Below, one piece after another: positions 56,575 to 64,000 of a stretch of DNA of 64,000 nucleotides. The stretch is from Singulisphaera sp. GP187 (GTDB lineage Bacteria > Chloroflexota > Chloroflexia > Chloroflexales > Roseiflexaceae). Location of the stretch: NCBI GenBank assembly GCA_943328915.2, contig CALQBW020000004.1:379-64378 (forward strand), given 5' to 3'. Within the stretch, counting starts at the first letter, position 1. Each line of letters begins with the position of its first letter. Under the pieces are notes generated by a model. It was not told where the DNA came from. It saw nothing but the letters and a program-made list of their open reading frames with translations, and searched no databases. The position numbers were made by a program, and so were the translations under genes.

Positions 56575-57996
56575 ATGACGCAAGGATTTCGCACCGAAAA
56601 AGACTCGCTAGGCGAGGTACAAGTCCCAGCCACTGCGCTATATGGCGCACAGACCCAACGCGCGGTAATCAACTTCCCGATTAGTGGCATGCGTCCCTAC
56701 CCCGCATTTGTCTGGGCCATGGCGGTCATCAAACGTGCCGCAGCCGAAGTCAATCGGGATTTAGGGTTGCTCGATACTACTATCGCCGGTGCCATCATCA
56801 GCGCATCCGACGAGGTAATTGCCGGCAAACATGCCGATCAATTCGTGGTTGACCCCTTCCAAGCCGGCGCCGGCACCAGCCACAACATGAACCTCAACGA
56901 AGTGTTGGCCAATCGAGCCAACCAAATCCTCGGCTATGCCCTCGACGACAGCAAAAAACCAGTCAATCCCAATGACCATGTCAACATGGCCCAAAGCACA
57001 AACGACACCATCCCCTGTGCAATTCGTTTGGGTACCCTGTGGCGCGTCAATGAATTGCTCGGGTGCATCGATCATTTGGCCACCGCCCTCGAAGCCAAAG
57101 CACTCGAATTCGCCGATGTGGTCAAATCAGGACGGACACACTTGCAAGATGCCGTGCCCGTTACGATGGGGCAGGAATTTGGCGCCTATGCGCTCGCTGT
57201 GCGCAACGACCGCGAACGGGTGGCAACCGCCGCCGAACGGCTACGCCGCATCGGGATTGGTGGCACCGCTACCGGCTCGGGGCTCAATGCCCACGATGAA
57301 TACCACCCCCGCATGGTGGTCACACTCGGTCGGTTACTTGGTCAAAACCTGCGCACCTCGGGAAATCTATTTGAGTCGATGCAAAGCATGGCGGATCCTG
57401 CTGACTTCTCGGCTTCGATTCGCACCTTGTGCATTACGTTGACGCGGATAGCCAACGACTTCCGGTTGCTGGCGTCAGGGCCGGCGACGGGGTTGGACGA
57501 ATTGCGCTTGCCCGCGGTGCAACCGGGCTCGAGCATCATGCCAGGCAAAATCAACCCGGTGCTAGCCGAAATGCTCAACATGGCCTGCTTCCACGTGCAA
57601 GGTTGTGATCACACCGTCGCCTTGGCAGCCCAAGCTGGCCAACTCGAGCTCAATGTGATGATGCCGATTATTTCGCATAATATCAACGAAATGATGCACG
57701 TCATGATTGGGGCCATCACGGCATTTACCGATCGGTGTGTAGTGGGTTTGACAGCCAACCGCGAAAAAGCGCATGGCTGGTTAGCCAAAAACGCGATCCT
57801 CGTCACGGCACTCAACCGCGAAATCGGCTACCTCAATGGGGCAGCAGTTGCCAAAGAATCGATGGCGACTGGCAAAACCATTAAAGAAGTAGTCCTCGAA
57901 AAAGGCTTGTTAAGTGCTGAACGCATAGACGAGCTTCTCGATGTGCAGGCGATGACAAAGGGTGGTATTATGGGCTTTGGTAGTGGTGGCGGTTAA
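56575..57996 (+). CDS. Class II fumarase/aspartase family lyase (aspartate ammonia-lyase more likely than fumarase)
   Basis: ..GSSIMPGKINPVLAEM.. signature. NPV is aspartase-like, whereas the N-terminal ..LYGAQTQRA.. is fumarase-like, so substrate is unresolved. Start moved to ATG 56575 behind AAGGGA. Confidence 0.85.
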   Translation: MTQGFRTEKDSLGEVQVPATALYGAQTQRAVINFPISGMRPYPAFVWAMAVIKRAAAEVNRDLGLLDTTIAGAIISASDEVIAGKHADQFVVDPFQAGAGTSHNMNLNEVLANRANQILGYALDDSKKPVNPNDHVNMAQSTNDTIPCAIRLGTLWRVNELLGCIDHLATALEAKALEFADVVKSGRTHLQDAVPVTMGQEFGAYALAVRNDRERVATAAERLRRIGIGGTATGSGLNAHDEYHPRMVVTLGRLLGQNLRTSGNLFESMQSMADPADFSASIRTLCITLTRIANDFRLLASGPATGLDELRLPAVQPGSSIMPGKINPVLAEMLNMACFHVQGCDHTVALAAQAGQLELNVMMPIISHNINEMMHVMIGAITAFTDRCVVGLTANREKAHGWLAKNAILVTALNREIGYLNGAAVAKESMATGKTIKEVVLEKGLLSAERIDELLDVQAMTKGGIMGFGSGGG

Positions 57997-58152
57997 GTTC
58001 GTTGCAATGCCAAAGATAGACATACATTAACACGAGCACTGTCGCTCTTCCCTATGACCAGTGGTCATACGTGACGGCGGTGTTTTTGCTGGTACGACTA
58101 CGTATCAGACTGATACGTTGGCGGATAGATGATGTAGTTATGGAGGTATGTT

Positions 58153-59310
58153 GTGCGTGTAGGAATTTTGACCGGTGGCGGTGACGTCCCGGGATTGAAC
58201 CCCGCCATCAAAGCCGTCGTGAATCGCTGTGCCGACGCCGGCATTGAGGTCGTCGGTATCAAACGCGGTTGGGGTGGTTTGCTCAATTACAATCTCGACG
58301 AACCCACGAGCAACGAAGAGTGGGCTGCGCCGTTGACCCCTTTGCATGTGCGCACAATTGACCGTTACGGCGGTACCACGTTGCACACATCGCGGACGAA
58401 CCCCCAACGCGTCAATGAAAAAATGATGCCGGAGTTTTTGAAAGGGCGCTTCCCATACACCGGCCCCAAAAACACTGCAGATTGCACTCCGCATGTGCTC
58501 AAGGTGCTTGAGCATCTCGGCATCGACACCTTGGTCCCTATCGGTGGCGATGATACGTTGTCGTATGCCGTCAGGATGTACAATGAAGGCGTGCGCGTCA
58601 TTGCCATTCCCAAAACCATGGACAATGACGTATTCGGTACTGATTACTGTTTAGGGTTTTCTACCGCAATTACGCGTAGCGTCGAATTCATCAATGCGTT
58701 GCGAACCGCAACCGGTTCACACGAGCGCATTGCCGTAGTGGAATTGTTCGGCCGCAATTGTGGCGAAACCGCGTTGGTTGCAGGATTTTTGGCCGACGCC
58801 GATCGCAGTATCATCGCCGAAGTGCCTTTTGACGTCGAACGATTGGCCCATCAATTAGTCGCAGACAAACGCCGCAACCCTTCAAACTATTCCATCATGG
58901 TGATGTCAGAAGGTGCCACCATGATTGACGGTCAAACGATGGAATATGGCGAAGAAGATGCCTATGGCCACAAAAAATTGGGCGGTATTGGTCAAATAAC
59001 CGGTGAAGCCATCAAAAAAATCACCGGAGTTGATATTATTAACCAACAAGTTGGCTATCTGATGCGCTCCGGTGCCCCTGATGCGATCGACCGCATGGCC
59101 GGCTTTTCGTTTGGCAATATGGCCGTCGATCAATTACTCAAGGGTCATAGTGGACTAATGGTAGCAATCCAAAACGGCGTTTATACCACAGTGCCTGCGG
59201 ACACCCCATTGCAAGGGGTCAAACGCGTCGACATCGATCAATTCTACGATCCCATGGCATATCGCGCCAAGGTCAAAGAATTCATTGGCAAGCCGATGTT
59301 CTGGTACTAA
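58153..59310 (+). CDS. pfp: 6-phosphofructokinase, pyrophosphate-dependent type by signature residues
   Basis: GTG start behind GGAGG. ..[13 protein letters not shown].., ..[11 protein letters not shown].. (Asp where ATP enzymes have Gly) and ..PKTMDNDV.. (Lys where ATP enzymes have Gly). Confidence 0.85.
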   Translation: MRVGILTGGGDVPGLNPAIKAVVNRCADAGIEVVGIKRGWGGLLNYNLDEPTSNEEWAAPLTPLHVRTIDRYGGTTLHTSRTNPQRVNEKMMPEFLKGRFPYTGPKNTADCTPHVLKVLEHLGIDTLVPIGGDDTLSYAVRMYNEGVRVIAIPKTMDNDVFGTDYCLGFSTAITRSVEFINALRTATGSHERIAVVELFGRNCGETALVAGFLADADRSIIAEVPFDVERLAHQLVADKRRNPSNYSIMVMSEGATMIDGQTMEYGEEDAYGHKKLGGIGQITGEAIKKITGVDIINQQVGYLMRSGAPDAIDRMAGFSFGNMAVDQLLKGHSGLMVAIQNGVYTTVPADTPLQGVKRVDIDQFYDPMAYRAKVKEFIGKPMFWY

Positions 59311-59323
59311 GAGCAACAAGATG

Positions 59324-59377
59324 CGGGCTTTTGGCCGGATGATGTGCAATAATGCACGTATCCTCACCAAAAGCCCG
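59324..59377 (+). other. Nested hairpin in the pfp-def spacer
   Basis: CGGGCTTTTGG..N32..CCAAAAGCCCG forms an 11-bp outer stem enclosing GTGCA-ATAA-TGCAC. It is followed by TTTGC. Function unknown (terminator or attenuator candidate). Confidence 0.3.
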
Positions 59378-59399
59378 TTTGCATATCATGAGGCAACTG

Positions 59400-59942
59400 A
59401 TGGCTATTCGTCGTATTCTCGAAATCGAAGTTCCTGCGGATTTATTGATTTTACGTACCACCTGCACCCCCGTTACCTTACCCAAACCCACCCTTGAATC
59501 ACTCGTGGGAGATATGATCGAAACGATGGATTCTGTCGACGGCGTCGGGCTGGCAGCACCCCAAGTAGGCATCACGCAACGCATTGTTGTTATCCGCATT
59601 CCCGTCCGCCATGACAAACGCGCTGACGGTAATGTGGTCGAAATCGAACCAGAACAGCTCTTTGTGATGCTCGACCCGATGATTACCCAACACGGCGAAG
59701 GAACAGTGAGTGGTTCTGAAGGGTGTTTGAGTTTGCCTGGCAGATTTGCGCCGGTCAAACGGTTTACTTGGGTCACGTGTGAATACCGCGACTTGAAAGG
59801 GCGCAATCTGCGCCTTCGCCGAGCAACCGGGTTATTGGCACGCGCAATTCAACACGAGGTCGATCACCTCAACGGCGTCCTCTTTATTGATCATGTGAGC
59901 GACCTTATCAGCATCGAAGACATGCGTGAAATACGGCAATGA
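59400..59942 (+). CDS. def: Peptide deformylase
   Basis: GVGLAAPQVG, EGCLSLPG and QHEVDHLNG. Start moved to ATG 59400 (MAIRRILE..). Confidence 0.92.
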   Translation: MAIRRILEIEVPADLLILRTTCTPVTLPKPTLESLVGDMIETMDSVDGVGLAAPQVGITQRIVVIRIPVRHDKRADGNVVEIEPEQLFVMLDPMITQHGEGTVSGSEGCLSLPGRFAPVKRFTWVTCEYRDLKGRNLRLRRATGLLARAIQHEVDHLNGVLFIDHVSDLISIEDMREIRQ

Positions 59943-59989
59943 ATCGGCTACGCTATCGCATCCGGGATTTTTTGCAACAAAGAGGCTTT

Positions 59990-61054
59990 ATGACAACTGC
60001 ACCACTACGCGTCGGCATCATCGGTTCGGGCATCGGCAGGTCACACGCCGAAGGCTACGCCACCCTAGCGCGGGTCACCATTACAGCCATTGCCGGGTTG
60101 GATGATCGTTCCAAAACGCTCGCTTCGAGTTACAGCGCCCGACATTATGGTGAATATGCCGAATTACTGGCACAACCTGATATCGACGCCGTGAGTGTGT
60201 GTGTCCCCAATGGCCTGCATGCCGAAGTCACCTTGGCAGCCTTGGCGGCCGGCAAACATGTCTTGGTCGAAAAACCGTTGGCACGCACCCCTGCCGAAGG
60301 CGAATCAATGCTGGCAGCGGCCAAAGCCACCGGCAAAATATTGATGATTAGCTTCAATCATCGCCAACGGAGCGACGTGCAATACATCAAACAAATCATT
60401 GATAGTGGCCGTTTGGGGCGCATCTATTATGCCAAATCATATTGGATGCGCCGCGCCGGCATACCAGGAATCAATAGTTGGTTTGTCAACAAAACCATGG
60501 CCGGTGGTGGTCCGCTGATTGATTTGGGTGTGCATATGCTCGATATCGCCATGTATTTGATGGGCGAGCCGACGCCCGTATCGGTGAGTGCCGCTACTTA
60601 TGCCGAATTTGGGCCACGTGGTCAAAAAGGGATGAACAGCATCAGGCAAACAGCCGATGGGAAATACGAAGTCGAAGACCTCGCAACGGCCATGATTCGG
60701 CTTGATGGCGGTGCCACGCTCCAACTCGAAACAAGCTGGGCCACTCATGGCCCCAATGGTGATGATTTTGGGATTATTTTGTACGGCACCGAAGGTGGCG
60801 CAGAGCTCAAAGTGGTCGACTATCACAACGTCAAAACCGTACGAATTTTTTATGATGAAGCCAACGGCACGCCCGTCGACCTCGTCCCCGACATCAAGCC
60901 GGGTGGTGGTCATGTCGATGTCATCAAAAACTTCGTCGAAGCAATCCTCGACGGCGCTCCTGCAATCCCCTCGGCCGAAGATGGCTTACGCCGTACCCAA
61001 GTCATCGACGCCTGCTACCGTTCCAGCGCCGAAGGGCGTGAAGTACGGTTGTAA
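59990..61054 (+). CDS. Gfo/Idh/MocA family oxidoreductase
   Basis: ..LRVGIIGSGIGRSH.. and ..GKHVLVEKPL.. Start moved to ATG 59990 behind AGAGG. Confidence 0.88.
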   Translation: MTTAPLRVGIIGSGIGRSHAEGYATLARVTITAIAGLDDRSKTLASSYSARHYGEYAELLAQPDIDAVSVCVPNGLHAEVTLAALAAGKHVLVEKPLARTPAEGESMLAAAKATGKILMISFNHRQRSDVQYIKQIIDSGRLGRIYYAKSYWMRRAGIPGINSWFVNKTMAGGGPLIDLGVHMLDIAMYLMGEPTPVSVSAATYAEFGPRGQKGMNSIRQTADGKYEVEDLATAMIRLDGGATLQLETSWATHGPNGDDFGIILYGTEGGAELKVVDYHNVKTVRIFYDEANGTPVDLVPDIKPGGGHVDVIKNFVEAILDGAPAIPSAEDGLRRTQVIDACYRSSAEGREVRL

Positions 61055-61079
61055 TACGAAGCCAGTACAAATGCACTGC

Positions 61080-63539
61080 TTAAATAGCAATGAGTGAATT
61101 GAGTTCGTCGGTTATTTGTGATAGCACATCAGACAATGATTGTTTCGATTCCAATGACGAATTGATGACTGTTTGGTCTGCTATCTGGACAAAATATTGC
61201 TCAATTAATTGATCAAATACAACCCCACGGGATACTCCACGCTCGGATCGGAAGCCATTGACACTGGTTAACAACTGATATGCGTGTGTGGTATTGCCTT
61301 GGACACAGAGCAATACAATATAAAGGTCTATGCAATACAATACGCTTTTTGCATTACCGGATTTGGTTATCTCTTGGAGGGTGATATACAAATAATTGAT
61401 GGTCGCGAGAATATCACGCGCCATTAATTCATTCATGGCGAGACGCATGTACGTTTGTGAAACTTCAATGGAGCGGAAGGTTTGTTGATACGCAACCAAT
61501 GCCTGTTTGAATTGGTTGCGGGCAAGGGTGTAATCGCCCATTAACGATAACGTCATCGCATGTAAACGTAGGATATTGGCATAAAAATCATTTGATTCAT
61601 TGGTTGCATTCGGTATTGAAATAAGTTGTAATGCAACGGCCGAGTGTTTATGTGCCACAGAAACATTGCCGGCAAACAGATGCAAGTACGCCAAACAATG
61701 ATTGGCGCGGCTTTGCCACTCGATATGTTGATGTGTCAAGAAATATTCAATTGCAAATTCCAATTCATGACACAAAAAATCAAAATCAATGTGATTAAAA
61801 TTCACATCGCGAACCACATACCCGAGTGCTTGAATAACTGCAACCCGAGCACGGAAATAATCATTTGTATGCAACAGCTCGCTTGCGCGTACGTGCATGA
61901 AACAGCTGATTGCATTAAATGTAAGCCCACGTTCACTATATAAGTTCCCTAAGGTTAGTTGCATTTCGACATATGTATTTGATTCGTTCGGTAACATGCG
62001 CACGCACTGTTCCATCACTTGTACAATATCAGCGGTGTCACCCACTTCAATGGCAATCTCGCTACACAGACAACACAACAATGCACAGGCATCGACCATA
62101 CCAGCATTGAGCATCAATGTCGCGACCTGCAACACTACGGGTAAATCGTTCTGAAAATTGAACATATTGAGAGGGAATTTCATGTCAATGGTAAAACCTT
62201 CACACAACACATGAAAAATTGATTGCAGATAATTGATGCGTTTGACCGGCAACAACGTTGCAGTTATTTGCGTAAATATGGTTCGTTGTACCATGATATT
62301 GGTCTCTAACGGATTTTCAACTACGAGCAAATAGCCTTTGTTTTTGAGTATTTTGATAGATTCTTCAATTTTGGCAACCGAGGTCTCACCAATTCCCGGT
62401 GCCACCACACGGATAAACTGCTCTGACATTTGGACCTGGAGCACGGTCATTAATTCTAATACGGAGCGGACGGTGCTATCTAAATGGTCAATTAAATCGC
62501 CGTTGGAGTAGGGTGAATAGACAAAATTAGTTGTTTGCAACTGATTCACCATCTGTTGAATGGCGCCGGGATTCCCTTGGGTCATTTGCGTAATCACCTG
62601 CAATAATTCTTTTTGCGGTGCAAACATGCCATTGTTGAACAGGCAGCGTTTGGCAAAAATCCACGCGGGTGAATCATTATTTTCGTACATCAGTGGTGCG
62701 ATTTTGGTGATTTGGATGGGGATGGTGCTACTGACCTCGGGCATATTACGCATGGTAATCAACCACATAAACGAGGGAAATTGTAGTTGCATGTAGTCGA
62801 TCCACGGTGTAACGGTAAAGTGTTCTGTTTCTTCAAAATCATCAAAGAGCATGATGGGATTGTGTCGTACGATATAATTATTTATTTGCGTTTTGATGGG
62901 TTGATAATCGTTCCCTTGGATACCAAACTGTTTCAACATCAGCGTTTGGAGTTGGGTAAACGATCGGACATCGTTAAGGTTTATTTTCACCACGGGGGTA
63001 CCTTTAAATAGTTGATATTGGCGCATTAATTCGCCGGCAATCATTGTTTTGCCGATACCGGGTTCACCCACGATGATTTGGCATTTGCCGGCAATGAGCT
63101 CGCTATACACTTGTTGAATTATTTTTTCTTGACCGATAATGGCATCTTCCCACACATTATGGTGAATCCCATATAATCCAAGCATGCCATTCCATTCATC
63201 TTTGGAGAAGTAGCGTGCGTATGCGTGGATATGATTAATTGGAATACGAGTCGCAATCAGCAACGAAAAAAGTTCAGTAGCCGTCATGATGTGTGGCTGC
63301 AACTCAAAAAGCACCGCAATTACCCCATTCACCACCGCAATCGGTGCAGTGGTGTCACGATCGGACCGGGTCATAAACCAATCGTCGAATTTGGCACGTG
63401 TGATCGCCACACCTTTGGCATTGATTTGGTCAATGATGTCAGGAACGGTGATTTTTTCTTTGCGCAAGCGCCCTACCACCGTGCGCATCAGCTCATTAAT
63501 AGCGATTTTGTCAAATACGAGTAACGAATGTGAATCCAT
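61080..63539 (-). CDS. STAND (NB-ARC-like) P-loop NTPase with C-terminal TPR-like repeats and unassigned ~140-aa N-terminal domain
   Basis: Walker A ..IIVGEPGIGKTM.., Walker B ..IMLFDDFE.., a GxP-type ..QGNPGAIQ.. motif, then a ~450-aa helical repeat region. The segment is markedly AT-richer than the rest of the window. Confidence 0.72.
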   Translation of the reverse strand: MDSHSLLVFDKIAINELMRTVVGRLRKEKITVPDIIDQINAKGVAITRAKFDDWFMTRSDRDTTAPIAVVNGVIAVLFELQPHIMTATELFSLLIATRIPINHIHAYARYFSKDEWNGMLGLYGIHHNVWEDAIIGQEKIIQQVYSELIAGKCQIIVGEPGIGKTMIAGELMRQYQLFKGTPVVKINLNDVRSFTQLQTLMLKQFGIQGNDYQPIKTQINNYIVRHNPIMLFDDFEETEHFTVTPWIDYMQLQFPSFMWLITMRNMPEVSSTIPIQITKIAPLMYENNDSPAWIFAKRCLFNNGMFAPQKELLQVITQMTQGNPGAIQQMVNQLQTTNFVYSPYSNGDLIDHLDSTVRSVLELMTVLQVQMSEQFIRVVAPGIGETSVAKIEESIKILKNKGYLLVVENPLETNIMVQRTIFTQITATLLPVKRINYLQSIFHVLCEGFTIDMKFPLNMFNFQNDLPVVLQVATLMLNAGMVDACALLCCLCSEIAIEVGDTADIVQVMEQCVRMLPNESNTYVEMQLTLGNLYSERGLTFNAISCFMHVRASELLHTNDYFRARVAVIQALGYVVRDVNFNHIDFDFLCHELEFAIEYFLTHQHIEWQSRANHCLAYLHLFAGNVSVAHKHSAVALQLISIPNATNESNDFYANILRLHAMTLSLMGDYTLARNQFKQALVAYQQTFRSIEVSQTYMRLAMNELMARDILATINYLYITLQEITKSGNAKSVLYCIDLYIVLLCVQGNTTHAYQLLTSVNGFRSERGVSRGVVFDQLIEQYFVQIADQTVINSSLESKQSLSDVLSQITDELNSLIAI

Positions 63540-63608
63540 AGTATCCTCGGCAAAGCAAGCAAGTGCGACCTAACGTATATCAAGGGGGTAATTACAGTTT
63601 GTGTGGAT

Positions 63609-63617
63609 AGTATAACA
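63609..63617 (-). promoter_or_regulatory. Candidate extended -10 element TGTTATACT for the STAND gene
   Basis: The minus strand reads TGTTATACT 69 nt upstream of ATG 63539. Confidence 0.3.
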
Positions 63618-63927
63618 GTTACCCTATACCACACCTTATATTTCCGTCGTTTTTCGACTAAATATACTCACATTCAAAAGCATGTCACGGGGTGGTCACA
63701 CGAAACCTGCGCAACCGTTGCGCCTATCGCCCACTGATTCACGTCAGCGCACTACGTGTTTTCCATAAGAATAATTAACCAAATTAATCGTAAATGAACA
63801 ATTCACGTCTTGAAGTTTCTTAAAAATATAATCTCGTCGTTTTACAACGAAAAAAAATAGGTGAATAAACCCAATTAATGCTGTAAAATTATTACATCAT
63901 TTATACCATTCCATCAAAGGGATTACT

Positions 63928-64000
63928 ATGCGTTATCGTATCTATGCACTATTGAGTGTCGCGTGTGTGACGTTAGTAAGCATCATCGGGTATATCGGCA
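63928..64000 (+). CDS. 5' end of an ORF encoding a signal/TM segment (truncated by the window edge)
   Basis: ATG sits behind AAGGGA. MRYRIYALLSVACVTLVSIIGYIG.. runs off the window. Confidence 0.4.
   Translation, partial: MRYRIYALLSVACVTLVSIIGYIG

Noticed and set aside
1-64000. Scan for rRNA, tRNA, CRISPR arrays, IS elements, transposases, integrases and prophage blocks.
   Set aside because: I saw no regularly spaced direct repeats, no tRNA T-arm/acceptor signatures in the intergenic gaps, and no DDE or tyrosine-recombinase-like ORFs. The DUF360 'phage holin' family member at 49463..49888 is a widespread chromosomal membrane protein and is not evidence of a prophage.

Overview
This 64-kb window looks like a chromosomal bacterial segment with about 55 protein genes in compact operons, many with ATGA-type start/stop overlaps. 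Most of it is housekeeping, carbohydrate and cell-envelope metabolism. Recognised genes include ilvD, purN-purD, metG, gatA, rsmI, def, maf and sfsA. Also present are a class A PBP, a PPi-type phosphofructokinase, an aspartase/fumarase-family lyase, a crotonase plus 3-hydroxyacyl-CoA dehydrogenase, methylmalonyl-CoA epimerase and a lone molybdopterin-hydroxylase large subunit. There are five Gfo/Idh/MocA oxidoreductase paralogs, five MFS transporters and two glycosyltransferase clusters. I recognised no rRNA, tRNA, CRISPR array, transposase or integrase. Gene content loosely resembles Chloroflexota-type genomes, but that is a guess I cannot verify without a search. The strongest signal is stop-codon recoding. 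Three in-frame TGA codons fall exactly on the redox-cysteine positions of two thioredoxin-fold genes. One is a PRX-like2 protein with U-P-F-C (575..1126). The other is a small lipoprotein thioredoxin with a double U-I-P-U motif (49912..50268). Each site is followed at 11-20 nt by a perfect 7-bp hairpin capped by a GUU loop. This fits bacterial selenocysteine insertion, including the rare U-x-x-U diselenide-type motif. Other items worth a second look: a UvrD/PcrA helicase broken by a single in-frame TAG, a terminator/antiterminator leader in front of metG, and a HEPN-motif plus CBS fusion in an operon with a small membrane protein, AIM24 and a methyltransferase. Further items are tandem ABC ATPases without a permease (one with an AbrB-like tail), an NB-ARC/TPR STAND protein in an AT-rich end segment, and a recurrent TGnTAnAnT extended -10-like nonamer upstream of operon starts. 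Several start codons were moved inward from the ORF track where a Shine-Dalgarno-backed ATG and the neighbouring gene's stop made that the better call.
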